Assembly: GCA_027593235.1 (NCBI GenBank)
Contig: JAQCIU010000002.1
Coordinates: forward strand, 1-64,000
Direction: 5' to 3'
Length of the DNA stretch: 64,000 nt
Source: Chloroflexota bacterium
Lineage (GTDB): Bacteria > Chloroflexota > Dehalococcoidia > UBA2979
The notes beneath the pieces are model-generated. The model saw only the letters and a list, made by a program, of their open reading frames with translations, was not told where the DNA came from and made no database searches. How positions within the stretch are numbered: position 1 is the first letter of the stretch; the number at the start of each line of letters is the position of its first letter. The translations under genes were made by a program, and so were the position numbers. Shown here piece by piece: positions 8,719-19,293 of the stretch.

Positions 8719-11700
8719 GCCCCCGCCCCCACGGCGGGGACGCCATCGCGGTACTCCAGCAGCGGGCGTACCTCGTAGGCGGACGACGCGGAGAGCGCCT
8801 GGATGGCGGCGCGCGCGGTATCCAACGAGGTGAAGCAGGGGATGCGTTGCTCCGTCGCGGCGCGGCGGATGTGGAACCCATCGCGCAGCGGCGCGTCCCG
8901 ACCGCCCTCGATCGTGTTGATCACGGCGCGGACCTCGCCGTCGCGGATGATGTCCACCACGTTCGGGTGGCCGGCCAGCAGCTTCGTCACCGTCTGCACG
9001 GGAATTCCGAGGCCGGCGACGAGGCTTGCGGTGCCCTCGGTCGCGAAGAGCGGACAGCCGGCGGCGTGCAACGCACGCACCAGCGGGATCGCCTCGGTCT
9101 TCGTCTGGCTGGACAGTGACAGCAGGAACGGCGTCCCCGGCTCGACGACGAGGTCCGAGGCGATCAGCGCCTTCGCCAGCGCCGGTGCGAACGAGAAGTC
9201 GACGCCCATCACCTCGCCAGTCGACTTCATCTCCGGACCGAGGTGCGTGTCGACGCCGACCAGCTTGGCCATCGAGAACACCGGCGCCTTCACGGCGACC
9301 AGGTCGCGCTCTGGCCACAGCCCGCTCTCGTAGCCCTGTTCGCGCAGCGTCTGGCCCAGGGTCACGTTGACGGCCAATCGCACCATCGGCACGCCGGTCA
9401 CCTTCGAGAGGAACGGCACGGTGCGCGAGGAGCGCGGATTCACTTCGATGACGAACACGCCCGGGCCGCCCGGCTGGGCGTTGGGCGCGATCACGAATTG
9501 CACGTTCATCAGCCCGCGCACCTCGAGTCCAAGCGCCATCTTCGTCGTGTACTCGATGATCGCGGCACGCTGCTCGGGCGTGAGGTTCTGCGGCGGGTAG
9601 ACGGCCATCGAGTCGCCGGAGTGCACACCGGCGCGCTCGATGTGCTCCATGATCCCGGGGATCAGCACCGTCTCACCGTCGCAGATCGCGTCTACCTCGA
9701 ACTCGCGTCCGCTCAGGTACTTGTCGATCAGCACGGCGCCGGTGCGCTCCTCGAGCGCGGCCTGGAAGTAGCGGACCAGCTCCGTGGCGTCCTGCACCAC
9801 CTCCATCGCGCGCCCACCGAGGACGTACGAGGGGCGCACGAGGACCGGATAGCCGATCGCTTCCGCGGTGGTCAGTGCGTCCTCGAGGGTGCGCACGGCG
9901 GCGCCCGGCGGCTGCGGGACCTCCAACTCGGAGAGCATCGCCTCGAAGCGGCCGCGGTCCTCGGCGATGTCGATCGCGTCGGCGGAGGACCCGGCGATCG
10001 GCAGGGCGGCGTTGGCGAGGATGGAGGCCATGTTGATCGCCGTCTGACCGCCGAACTGAACAACCGACGCGGGCGCCTCCCCGTGCTCGCCCGCCTCGTT
10101 CTCCAGCAGGTCGCGCAGCGATTCCTCGTCCAACGGCTCGAAGTAGAGCCGGTCCGAGGTGTCGAAGTCCGTCGACACCGTCTCCGGGTTGGAGTTCGCC
10201 ATGATCGCTTCGACACCGGCGGCCTGCAGCGCCCACGCGGCCTGGACCGAGCAGTAGTCGAACTCGATCCCCTGGCCGATGCGGATCGGCCCGCTGCCGA
10301 TCACCAGCATCTTCCGGTTGCCTGATGGCGGCGCCTCGTTCTCTTCCTCGTAAGTGCCGTAGAAGTAGGGGGTGATGGCGTCGAACTCGGCGGCGCAGGT
10401 GTCCACCATCTTGTAGACGGGGCGGATGTCCCACTCGTCACGTAGCGACCTGACCTGTTCCGGGAGCCGGTCGGCCAGCGTGCCGATCTGGACGTCGCCA
10501 AAGCCGATCCGCTTCGCCGCGCGCAGCAGTTGCGGCGTCAGCTCCTCGGCGAGGAGCCGGCGTTCCATCTCGACGATCCGCGCGATTCGTTCGATGAACC
10601 ACGGATCGACGCCGCTGCGCTTCGAGATCTCGGCGAGCGGCATGTCGTGGCGGACCGCGGCAAAGAGTGCCCACAGCCGTTCGTCGGTCGCTTCGAGCGG
10701 CGGGTTGTTCCCCCACTCCGCGCGCTCCCAGAGGATCGAGCGGCTGCCGATTTCCAGCGATCGCACGGCCTTCTGCAGCGCCGCCTCGAAAATGCGGTCG
10801 ATCGCCATCACCTCGCCGGTCGCCTTCATCTGGGTCCCGAGCGTGCGATCGCCGATGGCGAACTTGTCGAACGGCCAGCGCGGGATCTTCACCACGCAGT
10901 AGTCGAGGGCCGGCTCGAACGCCGCCGTGGTGCGTTCGGTGACGCTGTTCGCGATCTCGTGCAGGTACTTGCCGACCGCGATCTTCGCCGCGACGCGGGC
11001 GATCGGGTACCCGGTCGCCTTCGATGCCAGCGCCGAGGAACGCGAGACCCGCGGGTTCACCTCGATGACGTGGTACGGCGCGCGCGTCGCCTCGTCGGAG
11101 CCTTCCCACGGCACCACCTCCGGGCGCGGTGCGAGCGCGAACTGGACGTTGCAGCCGCCCTCGATGCCGAGCGCGCGGATGATCTTCAGCGCGGAGTTGC
11201 GGAGCATCTGGTGATCGCGGTCGGACAGCGTTTGCGACGGCGCCACGACGATCGAATCGCCGGTGTGGACGCCCATCGGGTCCAGGTTCTCCATGTTGCA
11301 GATGGTGATGCAGGTGTCGTTGGCGTCCCGCATCACCTCGTACTCCAGCTCCTTCCAGCCGACCAGCGACTGCTCAACCAGGACCTGGGTAATCGGCGAA
11401 GCGGCGAGGCCGCTGCGCACGTACTGCGCGTACTCCTCCTCGGTGTAGGCGATGCCGCCGCCGGTGCCGCCGAGGGTGTAGGCGGGGCGCACGACCAGCG
11501 GCAGGCCGATCGTCTCGCGCGCCACCAGCGCGTCCTGCCACGACTCGACGATCGCGCTCTCGGGCGTCGGTTCGCCGATCCGCCGCAGCAGATCGCGGAA
11601 CAGCTCGCGATCCTCGGCAAGCTTGATCGTCTGGAGCGTCGAGCCGATCAGCCGCACCCCGTAGCGATCGAGGATGCCCGCCTCGGCCAGTTCGCGCGCC

Positions 11701-12041
11701 AGGTTGAGGCCGGTCTGACCGCCGAGGGTCGGCAGCAGCGCTTCCGGCCGTTCGCGGGCGATGATCCGTTCGATCACCGCCACGGTCAGCGGCTCGATGT
11801 AGATGACGTCGGCGATGCCCTCGTCGGTCATGATCGTCGCGGGGTTCGAGTTGATGAGGATCGAGCGGATGCCCTCTTCGCGCATCGCTTTGCACGCCTG
11901 CGTCCCGGCGTAGTCGAACTCCGCGGCCTGGCCGATCACAATCGGCCCGCTGCCGATGATCAACACCGATCGCGGGCTCGGCGGGCGGTCGGCACTAGCG
12001 CCGTCGCCCCCCGCCGTCGTGGGCAGGGCATTCGCGGGCAA
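8715..12041 (-). CDS. carB: Carbamoyl-phosphate synthase large subunit
   Basis: [33 protein letters not shown], duplicated ATP-grasp halves and C-terminal MGS domain. Confidence 0.97.
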   Translation of the reverse strand: MPANALPTTAGGDGASADRPPSPRSVLIIGSGPIVIGQAAEFDYAGTQACKAMREEGIRSILINSNPATIMTDEGIADVIYIEPLTVAVIERIIARERPEALLPTLGGQTGLNLARELAEAGILDRYGVRLIGSTLQTIKLAEDRELFRDLLRRIGEPTPESAIVESWQDALVARETIGLPLVVRPAYTLGGTGGGIAYTEEEYAQYVRSGLAASPITQVLVEQSLVGWKELEYEVMRDANDTCITICNMENLDPMGVHTGDSIVVAPSQTLSDRDHQMLRNSALKIIRALGIEGGCNVQFALAPRPEVVPWEGSDEATRAPYHVIEVNPRVSRSSALASKATGYPIARVAAKIAVGKYLHEIANSVTERTTAAFEPALDYCVVKIPRWPFDKFAIGDRTLGTQMKATGEVMAIDRIFEAALQKAVRSLEIGSRSILWERAEWGNNPPLEATDERLWALFAAVRHDMPLAEISKRSGVDPWFIERIARIVEMERRLLAEELTPQLLRAAKRIGFGDVQIGTLADRLPEQVRSLRDEWDIRPVYKMVDTCAAEFDAITPYFYGTYEEENEAPPSGNRKMLVIGSGPIRIGQGIEFDYCSVQAAWALQAAGVEAIMANSNPETVSTDFDTSDRLYFEPLDEESLRDLLENEAGEHGEAPASVVQFGGQTAINMASILANAALPIAGSSADAIDIAEDRGRFEAMLSELEVPQPPGAAVRTLEDALTTAEAIGYPVLVRPSYVLGGRAMEVVQDATELVRYFQAALEERTGAVLIDKYLSGREFEVDAICDGETVLIPGIMEHIERAGVHSGDSMAVYPPQNLTPEQRAAIIEYTTKMALGLEVRGLMNVQFVIAPNAQPGGPGVFVIEVNPRSSRTVPFLSKVTGVPMVRLAVNVTLGQTLREQGYESGLWPERDLVAVKAPVFSMAKLVGVDTHLGPEMKSTGEVMGVDFSFAPALAKALIASDLVVEPGTPFLLSLSSQTKTEAIPLVRALHAAGCPLFATEGTASLVAGLGIPVQTVTKLLAGHPNVVDIIRDGEVRAVINTIEGGRDAPLRDGFHIRRAATEQRIPCFTSLDTARAAIQALSASSAYEVRPLLEYRDGVPAVGAGA

Positions 12042-12052
12042 AGCGGTCGTTG

Positions 12053-12805
12053 TCAGTTGTGATATCCCTTGCGGTGATCGGCGCCCAGCAGTGGGATCTC
12101 CGCCACCACGTCGATCGCTCCGTAGTGGTCGTGCGGCTGGATCGGCAGCCGCGCCAGTTTCATGCGTGGCGGCGAGAATTCGCCGAGGTCAATGTCGCGG
12201 TGCGCGGCCAGCACCTCCATCAGGCGGGCGCGATTGCCGCGCCCGGTGGTGTAGGCAATCGGCAGCCGCGGTACGAACGCGTCGCCGTCCGCAGTCACCA
12301 GCGGATCGTCCTTCATCTTTTGCGTCACGAAGGGCACGCCGAGCGCGATCTGGCGGCGCAGTTCTCGGTAGTTCCCGCCGTCCTCGACGCCCAGGTAGAC
12401 CTGGCCATCCTCTGTGATGGAGAGGCCGCCGATGTGGAGCTTGAACGGCTCGATGCGGCGGATGCGGGGCGCGGCGTTGACATAAAAAGACTCGACCTGC
12501 GACCACATTACGTCGGTCGGACGGAGGAAGCCGACATCGACGTAGGTGAGGTGCAGCCACTCGAGCGGTGGTGCGTCCAGCTCGTCGAGTTCGGCCAGCG
12601 TTTCCAGCAGCGTCGCGAGCGCGCCCAACTCATCCTTGAACTCGTCGCCCAGCGGCTGCAGGAACTGGATCGGCACCTTCCAGCCCGCGGAGTGCTCCTC
12701 CCACCACGCCCAGTAGTCGGGCAGCGGGGCCGTCGAGGCCGCGAAGGCGGCCCACTCGCGCTCGCGCGTCTCGAGGTAGGACGTGGCGACGTCGGTCGTG
12801 GTCAT
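12053..12805 (-). CDS. 2H phosphoesterase / 2'-5' RNA ligase-like protein (second HxT motif degenerate)
   Basis: WLHLTY first motif, PFKLHIGG, and FVPRLPIAY where PHxT/S is expected. Confidence 0.6.
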   Translation of the reverse strand: MTTTDVATSYLETREREWAAFAASTAPLPDYWAWWEEHSAGWKVPIQFLQPLGDEFKDELGALATLLETLAELDELDAPPLEWLHLTYVDVGFLRPTDVMWSQVESFYVNAAPRIRRIEPFKLHIGGLSITEDGQVYLGVEDGGNYRELRRQIALGVPFVTQKMKDDPLVTADGDAFVPRLPIAYTTGRGNRARLMEVLAAHRDIDLGEFSPPRMKLARLPIQPHDHYGAIDVVAEIPLLGADHRKGYHN

Positions 12806-13269
12806 ACGTCACCGTCCTGGTAGATCGGCAACTCAAAGCGGGTGCCCGGGCTGCGCAGCGGGACCATCGCGCCGATCGCGGAGAGGTAGGAGAGGGCTGG
12901 TTCGTTGTCTCGCGGCAACCGCGCACGGATGCGCTTGTAGCCACGCTCTTTCGCGAACGCCAGCGCCTCGTTGGCCAGGTTGGTTCCGTAGCCCTGGCGC
13001 CGGTTGCGCTCGCGGATCCACGATCCAAAGCTGCACTCGTCTGGCGTTGACGAGTCGAAGTCCAGCGCGGCGAATCCGAGCAGGTGCCGCCCGTCATCGA
13101 CGACGAGCATCGTTCCCTGGTCGCCCTGGCGCTCCATCCACGCCAGGACCTCGGCCTCGGACCACTCGCGGTCAAAGCCGACCGGATTGTCCTCGAGGAT
13201 AATCTCGCCAATGATCTCGGCGATCTGGTCGGCGTCACCGGGCGTCGCACGTCGAACCGTCGTTGCCAT
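12802..13269 (-). CDS. GNAT family N-acetyltransferase
   Basis: VRRATPGD start, RRQGYGT acetyl-CoA motif A and NEPAL. Confidence 0.85.
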   Translation of the reverse strand: MATTVRRATPGDADQIAEIIGEIILEDNPVGFDREWSEAEVLAWMERQGDQGTMLVVDDGRHLLGFAALDFDSSTPDECSFGSWIRERNRRQGYGTNLANEALAFAKERGYKRIRARLPRDNEPALSYLSAIGAMVPLRSPGTRFELPIYQDGDV

Positions 13270-13295
13270 CGGCCACCCCCTCGCTTCTCTGGATG

Positions 13296-14420
13296 CTAGT
13301 CGTCGCGCCGGACAGCCGCCATGAACCGATCGAACAGGAACTCTGTATCGTTCGGTCCCGGCGACGCCTCGGCGTGGTATTGGATCGTGAACACTGGTTC
13401 TCGGGTGTGCTCCAGCCCTTCGACGGTGTCGTCGTTCAGGTGAACCTGCGACACGCGCACGTCCCCTTCGAGTCGGTCGTCGATCGCGTATCCGTGATTC
13501 TGCGAGGTGATGTACACCTTGCCGCTCCGCTCGTCGCGAACCGGGTGGTTCGCGCCGCGATGTCCGAACTTCAGCTTGTGGACGCCCGCGCCGAACGCGC
13601 GGCCGATCACCTGGTGGCCGAGGCAGATCCCCATCACCGGCGTCCGCCCGATCAGCCCACGCGACGCGGTCACGACGTGATCGAGGAGTGTCGGGTCGCC
13701 AGGGCCGGGTGAGAGCAGCACGCCCGCGGGCTTCAGCGAGAGGATGTCCTCGGCAGTCGTGGTGTGCGGAACGGCAGTCACATCGCAGCCCTGTTGCCGC
13801 AGGATGCGCATGATGTTGCGTTTCACGCCGAGGTCGAGGACGACCACGTGCGGCCGGCCGCCGCCGTGCTCGGCGAACTCGCCGTCGAACTCGTAGCTCG
13901 CCGCGGTCGAGACCTCCGCAACGAAGTCGTTCCCCTCGTAGCCGGGCTCGTTGCCGAGGCGGGTCAGGGCCTCGGTGGCGGTTTCATCGTGGGTGATCGT
14001 GCCCATCAGCACGCCGTGTGAGCGGAGGTGGCGCGTGAGTGCGCGCGTGTCGACCTCGGCGATCCCGGTGATCCCGTGCTGCTTCAGGTAGGCGTCCAGC
14101 GTCGCGGTGCTGCGCCAGTGCGAGGGCAGGTCGGTCAGCTCCCGTACGACGAAGCCGCGCACCTGGAGTTGCCCGCTCTCGTCGGCACCGGCGGTCGTGC
14201 CGTAGTTGCCCTGGATCGGGTAGGTCATCGTCAGGATCTGGCCGCGGAACGACGGATCCGTCAGCGCCTCCTGGTAGCCGGTCATCGAGGTGCTGAACAC
14301 CACCTCGCCGGTCGTGCGTCCGGGCGCGCCGATCGCGACGCCCTCGAACACGCGCCCGTCCGCGAGGGCGATCCGCGCTGGCGGCCGCCGATCCAGCAGC
14401 GATGGTCTCGAATCCGTCAT
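13296..14420 (-). CDS. carA: Carbamoyl-phosphate synthase small subunit
   Basis: GEVVFSTSMTGYQE, SPGPGDP, GICLGHQ and QYHAEASPGP. Start MTDSRP overlaps the pyrC stop. Confidence 0.96.
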   Translation of the reverse strand: MTDSRPSLLDRRPPARIALADGRVFEGVAIGAPGRTTGEVVFSTSMTGYQEALTDPSFRGQILTMTYPIQGNYGTTAGADESGQLQVRGFVVRELTDLPSHWRSTATLDAYLKQHGITGIAEVDTRALTRHLRSHGVLMGTITHDETATEALTRLGNEPGYEGNDFVAEVSTAASYEFDGEFAEHGGGRPHVVVLDLGVKRNIMRILRQQGCDVTAVPHTTTAEDILSLKPAGVLLSPGPGDPTLLDHVVTASRGLIGRTPVMGICLGHQVIGRAFGAGVHKLKFGHRGANHPVRDERSGKVYITSQNHGYAIDDRLEGDVRVSQVHLNDDTVEGLEHTREPVFTIQYHAEASPGPNDTEFLFDRFMAAVRRDD

Positions 14421-15760
14421 AAGGCCAGTACCGCCGCCGTTTCGTGCACCACGCGTCCGTCCACCACCGTCGCTACGACGGTCCCCTGCAATCGTTCGCC
14501 GGCCAGCGGCGTGTTCCGTCCCAGAGAAGCGAAGCGCTCCGGCTCCACCGTCCACGTTGCCTCCGGGTCGAGCAACACCAGGTCGCCGACCGCGCCGGGC
14601 GCCAGCGTCCCGATGCCCTCGAAGCCGGGCCGCCGATCGAGGTTCCAGGCACGCACCGGCCCGATCGTCAGCCGCTCGATCAGCGTGCGCAGCGTGATCT
14701 GCCCGCTGGTGACCAGCCGCATCGTCAGACCGAACGCGGTCTCGAGGCCGGAAATCCCCGGCGTCGCGAGGTCGAACTCGATGTCTTTCTCCATGCGGCT
14801 GACGGGCGAGTGGTTGGTCGTGATCGCGTCGATCACGCCATCTCGCAATGCTTCGATCAGCGCCTCGATGTCGCTCTCCTCGCGCAGCGGCGGGAACACC
14901 TTCGCGCTGGCGTCGTAGCGAATGCTCTCGTACGAGTCGCCGAAGGCGACCCGTTCGTGCGTCAACGTGAGGTGGTGCGGGGTCACCGAGGCGGTGATGT
15001 GGGCACCGCGCTCGCGCGCCGCCCGGATCAGCGCCACCGAGCCGGCGGTGGAGACGTCGCATACATGCAGGTGCGCGCCAGTCAGCTCCGCCAGCGCGAT
15101 ATCGCGGGCGACCATCGTCACCTCGCCGCTCGCCGGGCGTCCGCGCAGCCCCAGTCGGGTCGCGACCCAGCCCTCGTGCATTTGCCCGCCACGGACCAGT
15201 GCCGGGTCTTCCGGGTGCTGGGCGATCGGCAGCCCGAATCGCGTCGAGTACTGCAGGGCGTGGCGCATCAGGTTCGGGTCGGCGACCGCCTGCCCGTCAT
15301 CGGTCAGCGCGACCACCCCGGCGCCCGCCAGTTCGCCCGCCGGCGCGAGCAACAGGCCTGCACGGTTCGCCGTGATGCAGCCGAGCGGCAGCACTCGCAC
15401 CGAGGCCGAAGCCTCCGCCTCGCGGAGCACGGACTCGACCGCGGCGCGGCTATCGAGCGGGGGCTGTGTCCCCGGCATCGCGCAGACCGTGGTGAAGCCG
15501 CCGCGTGCGGCGGCCCTGGTCCCGGTCGCGATCGTCTCCTGGTGCTCCGCACCCGGCTCGCGCAGGTGTGTCTGGAGGTCGACGAAGCCCGGCGCGACCA
15601 CGAGGCCGGTCGCGTCGATGCGATCCGCCTCGACGACCATGTCGCCCTCGTTCGGCCCGACGCGCGCGATCCGCCCGTCGACGATCACCACGTCGGCGAT
15701 GCCGTCCTGGCCAAGCGCGGGGTCGATCACCCGCCCGTTGTGGATCGCGAGGGTGCTCAC
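14417..15760 (-). CDS. pyrC: Dihydroorotase-like protein, probably catalytically inactive (PyrC'-type)
   Basis: Full class I DHOase framework (REPG, GGFTTV, TDDG, HPED, TPHHL, PPLR, GLET) but DLQTH, HVCDVS and TNHSPV replace DxHxH, HxxHxS and TDHAPH. Confidence 0.85.
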   Translation of the reverse strand: MSTLAIHNGRVIDPALGQDGIADVVIVDGRIARVGPNEGDMVVEADRIDATGLVVAPGFVDLQTHLREPGAEHQETIATGTRAAARGGFTTVCAMPGTQPPLDSRAAVESVLREAEASASVRVLPLGCITANRAGLLLAPAGELAGAGVVALTDDGQAVADPNLMRHALQYSTRFGLPIAQHPEDPALVRGGQMHEGWVATRLGLRGRPASGEVTMVARDIALAELTGAHLHVCDVSTAGSVALIRAARERGAHITASVTPHHLTLTHERVAFGDSYESIRYDASAKVFPPLREESDIEALIEALRDGVIDAITTNHSPVSRMEKDIEFDLATPGISGLETAFGLTMRLVTSGQITLRTLIERLTIGPVRAWNLDRRPGFEGIGTLAPGAVGDLVLLDPEATWTVEPERFASLGRNTPLAGERLQGTVVATVVDGRVVHETAAVLAL

Positions 15761-16890
15761 GAGCGCGCCTCCGCGGCGGCATCGTGCGCCGATTCAGGAT
15801 CGACGCGACCGGAGAGCAGGTAGAGCAGCGCCATCCGCACCGCCACGCCGTTCGTGACCTGCTCCTCGATGATTGAGTGCGAGCCGCTAGCGACATCGCC
15901 GGCGATCTCGATGCCCTCGTTTTTCGGTCCCGGGTGCATCAGCAGGTGGTCGGGGTTCGCGCGCGCCAGCCGCTCGGCGGTCACCTGGTAGTGCGCCGCG
16001 TATTCGTGCAACGACGGAAGCAGGCCGGCCTCTTGCCGCTCGCTCTGAAGGCGCAGCGCCATCACCACGTCCGCGCCCTCGATCGCCACGTCGATGTCGG
16101 TCTCGATGCTGACCGGCGGCAGTGCCGACTCCGCATGCGCGGGCCGGTCGCTGGCACGCAGCCCTCGAGGTAGCAGCGTCGGCGGGCCACACACCGTCAC
16201 TTTCGCGCCCATCGCCGCGAGGCCCCAGAGGTCCGATCGTGCGACGCGCGAATGCGCGATGTCGCCGACCATCACCACCTTCTTGCCGGCCAGATCGCCG
16301 ACCGCGCGCTGCATCGTGTAGAGGTCCAATAGCGCCTGCGTCGGGTGCGCGTGCGCACCGTCGCCGGCGTTGATGATCGAGGCGTCCGTGTGTTCCGCCG
16401 CCAGGTAAGGCGCGCCGGCCATCGCGTGGCGCATCACGATCGCGTCCGCGCGCATCGCGCGCAGCGTTCGCACCGTGTCGATCAGCGATTCGCCCTTGAC
16501 CACCGAGGAGGTGTTGGCGCTCACGCTGATCACGTCCGCGCCCAGTACCTTGCCCGCCAGCTCGAACGAGACGCGCGTCCGTGTCGAGGGCTCGTAGAAG
16601 AGGTTGATGATGGTGTAACCGCGGAGCGCCGGCACGCGCGGGATGCGACGATCGAGGATCTCCCGCATCCGCTCGGCAAGCGTCAGCACCGCCTCGATCT
16701 CGCCGCGCGAGCAGGTGTCGAGGTCCAAGAGGTCGCGGTGCTGCCAGCCGGAGCCGCTCGCGGTCGCTGCCGCCTCGGCGGACCGGTTGGCTGCGGCGTT
16801 GCCGGACGCGCTGCCGGCGAGGCCGACACCGGGCGCGGTCTCCGTCGTCCCGGTTGTCTCCGCGGTGTCGGTCGTCTCGGTCGTCGTCAT
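15757..16890 (-). CDS. pyrB: Aspartate carbamoyltransferase catalytic subunit
   Basis: EPSTRTRVSF, KGESL, NAGDGAHAHPTQALLD, RLQSER and HPGP, with a low-complexity N-terminal extension. Confidence 0.96.
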   Translation of the reverse strand: MTTTETTDTAETTGTTETAPGVGLAGSASGNAAANRSAEAAATASGSGWQHRDLLDLDTCSRGEIEAVLTLAERMREILDRRIPRVPALRGYTIINLFYEPSTRTRVSFELAGKVLGADVISVSANTSSVVKGESLIDTVRTLRAMRADAIVMRHAMAGAPYLAAEHTDASIINAGDGAHAHPTQALLDLYTMQRAVGDLAGKKVVMVGDIAHSRVARSDLWGLAAMGAKVTVCGPPTLLPRGLRASDRPAHAESALPPVSIETDIDVAIEGADVVMALRLQSERQEAGLLPSLHEYAAHYQVTAERLARANPDHLLMHPGPKNEGIEIAGDVASGSHSIIEEQVTNGVAVRMALLYLLSGRVDPESAHDAAAEARS

Positions 16891-17483
16891 GAGCGCTTCC
16901 CTCCGGGGACCACGATCACCGCGTCGCGGCCGTCGTCCTCTTCCAGCAGCACACGGACGTCATCCTCGCGTGCCGTCGGAATGTTCTTGCCGACGATGTC
17001 GGCGCGGATGGGGAGTTCTCGGTGGCCGCGGTCAATCAGCACCGCCAGCCGAATCATGCGTGGCCGCCCGTAGTCGTTCAGCGCGTCCAGCGCTGCACGA
17101 ATCGTCCGGCCCGTGAACAGCACGTCGTCCACCAGGACGACCGTCTGGCCCTCGATCTCCGGGAGTTGCGTGGGCATCGGCGTCCCGCGCAGCCCGCGGC
17201 GCTCGAAGTCGTCGCGGTGCATCGTCACGTCGAGGGAGCCCGTGGCCGGTGGGTTCTCGAAGCTCTCGATCGCGTCGGCGATCCGCTGCACCAGAGTCAC
17301 GCCGCGCCGTTGGATACCCACCAACACGAGGCCATCGACCCCCGCGTTTGCCTCCACGATCTCGTGCGCCAGCCGCGTGATCGTCCGCCGAATCGCCGCC
17401 GCGTCCAGCAACGGCCCGCCCGTCGCGACGACCGAGGTGTCGGCCCCGCCGTTCAGTTCGGTGGAGGGAGTTTCGTTAGACAA
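16887..17483 (-). CDS. pyrR: Bifunctional pyr operon regulator / uracil phosphoribosyltransferase
   Basis: RLAHEI, GIQRRG, LVDDVLFTGRT and DRGHRELPIRAD. TTG start at 17483 follows GGAGGG. Confidence 0.95.
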   Translation of the reverse strand: MSNETPSTELNGGADTSVVATGGPLLDAAAIRRTITRLAHEIVEANAGVDGLVLVGIQRRGVTLVQRIADAIESFENPPATGSLDVTMHRDDFERRGLRGTPMPTQLPEIEGQTVVLVDDVLFTGRTIRAALDALNDYGRPRMIRLAVLIDRGHRELPIRADIVGKNIPTAREDDVRVLLEEDDGRDAVIVVPGGKRS

Positions 17484-17511
17484 AGAAAACCCTCCGCCGG
17501 TGAGGGGAGGG
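17482..17511 (-). terminator. Attenuator hairpin overlapping the pyrR Shine-Dalgarno
   Basis: Minus strand CCCTCCCCTCACCGGCGGAGGG followed by TTTTCTT. Confidence 0.65.
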
Positions 17512-17566
17512 ATCAACGGTGAGGCGCCGGCTGCGCGCGGTCGAATAGTGTCCGCAGGTACTCATT

Positions 17567-17607
17567 GGCGTCCCTTTCCGGCCTCGCTGGACCGGGTTAA
17601 AAGGCGC
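17567..17607 (-). promoter_or_regulatory. PyrR-binding RNA element
   Basis: Minus strand GCGCCTTTTAACCCGGTCCAGCGAGGCCGGAAAGGGACGCC matches the CCUUUAA...RGUCCnGnGAGGY...AAGG PyrR-site pattern, upstream of pyrR. Confidence 0.88.
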
Positions 17608-17829
17608 TTGGTGGGCAAACTCGAACGAGGGTACCAGCGCAGCGCACCCGAGGCAAAATGATCATCCGCTCAAGCGGATCGTCTCGCTCGCGGCTTCCTG
17701 CCTGCGACCTCACGCCAACCAACGGGCCTGCGATGTGGCGCTGGAAGGCCGCTGTGCCTCCTCCGAACAGGCCGCTTCCGAGGCCGGGCGAACGAACAGA
17801 CGGACGGCGCGGTCAACAATTCGTGTGGG

Positions 17830-18723
17830 CTAGTCCTGCTCGTCGCGTTGCTGGCGGAGGAACCGCTCCAATTCGTCGACCATCGACTCCGCGTCCGGCA
17901 GATCATCGTCGCCGTCTTCGGTGACCTGCATCTCCGAGGGCGTCTCGCCCTCTTCGTCGGCGACGCGGCGGGCGTACTCGGCGGCCTCCGGGTTCTGCTC
18001 CAGATCCGCGGCGACCTGCGCGTCGAAGCGCGCGGCGAAGACCTCGAGGTCGTGCAGCGAGAGATCGAGGCTGAACGCCGAGTTCAGGCGTTGAAGGATC
18101 GCAAGCGCGCCCTTCGGGTTGGGCGAGCGCTGGATGTAGAACGGGATGTTCGCCCACAGCGACGCCGTCTCGATGCCGGCTTCGCGGAGCTGGCGGCTCA
18201 GCACGCCGACAATCCCCGTCGGCCCCTGGTACCCCGAGGTCGTCGGCTCGTCGAAGCCCAGTTCGCGCGCCAGATCGGCATCGGTCGCGGACCCACCGAC
18301 GCGCACGGGGCTCGCGTGGCTCACCTCGGCGAGCAGTCCGCCCAGGGTGACGAACCCGGAAACCTCGTACTGCTGGCAGACGCCGACGATGTTCTCGACG
18401 AAGCGGCGCCAGTGCACGTGCGGCTCAATGCCGCTGAGCAGGATCACGTCGCGATCGGCCTTTTCCAGGCGATGCGCCGAGAACTCGTTCGCCGGCCACT
18501 CCAGCACCCGTTCGCCCTTTTCGAGGCGTACGTGCGGCCGTGCCTGCGTGAAGTCGTAGAACTCTTCGGGATCAATGTCCGCGAAGGGGGTGGCGCGCCA
18601 GCGCCGGCGTATGAAGCGCACCGCGCTCGTTGCTGCCTCGCCCGCGTCGTTCCACCCGGCGAACCCGGCGATCACCAGTGGCCGTCGCAGCTCGGGTTCG
18701 TCGTGGATGCGCAGGTCGCTCAT
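17830..18723 (-). CDS. PAC2 family (proteasome assembly chaperone-like) protein
   Basis: AGFAGWNDAGEAA, EEFYDFTQARP, GIEP, YQGPTGIVG, WANIPFY and ELERFLR. Confidence 0.9.
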   Translation of the reverse strand: MSDLRIHDEPELRRPLVIAGFAGWNDAGEAATSAVRFIRRRWRATPFADIDPEEFYDFTQARPHVRLEKGERVLEWPANEFSAHRLEKADRDVILLSGIEPHVHWRRFVENIVGVCQQYEVSGFVTLGGLLAEVSHASPVRVGGSATDADLARELGFDEPTTSGYQGPTGIVGVLSRQLREAGIETASLWANIPFYIQRSPNPKGALAILQRLNSAFSLDLSLHDLEVFAARFDAQVAADLEQNPEAAEYARRVADEEGETPSEMQVTEDGDDDLPDAESMVDELERFLRQQRDEQD

Positions 18724-18842
18724 GCAAACAGCATAGCGAGGTGTGCCAGTCGGCGGTGTCGATCCACCGCCCAGCGGTTCGTCCTCCGGATGAAGGCGGC
18801 CACCGGTCGCCCGACGAACGCACTGCAACAAAGGAGTAATCG

Positions 18843-19160
18843 ATGGCGAACTACCTGCTCGCCTACCACGGCGGCGGCATGCCCGAGGACGAGGCCGCAG
18901 GCCAGAAGGTGATGGCCGCCTGGATGGCCTGGTTCGAGAAGCTGGGCGCCGCGGTCGTGGATGGCGGCAACCCCGTCGGTGCGTCCGTGACGATCGCCAG
19001 CAACGGCGCAACCTCCGAGGGCGGCGGCGCCAACCCGGCCACCGGCTACAGCGTCGTCCAGGCCGAGAGCCTGGCCGCGGCCACCGAGCTGGCGAAGGGC
19101 TGCCCCATCCTCACCTCGGGCGGCTCGATCGAGGTCGGCGAGACCTTCAACGCGATGTAG
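18843..19160 (+). CDS. YciI/DGPF-like small protein
   Basis: AAGGAG RBS; YLLAYHGG...AWMAWF...GNP...GYSVVQA...AKGCP...IEV. Confidence 0.8.
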   Translation: MANYLLAYHGGGMPEDEAAGQKVMAAWMAWFEKLGAAVVDGGNPVGASVTIASNGATSEGGGANPATGYSVVQAESLAAATELAKGCPILTSGGSIEVGETFNAM

Positions 19161-19293
19161 GCATGGCTGATCGCGGACGTGGCACCCCTCGATGGGGAGC
19201 GCCACGTCCGCAGCGCGGACCGTTCGCTCCCGTCCGCATTGGTAGACTCCGCCCGATCGCGGCGGTTGCCGTGATCGCGGATGGGGGAGCGCG

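Noticed and set aside
9243-12062. Long plus-strand ORFs opposite carB, and equivalents opposite fhs, the acylase and the P450
   Set aside because: Antisense shadow frames with no motifs.
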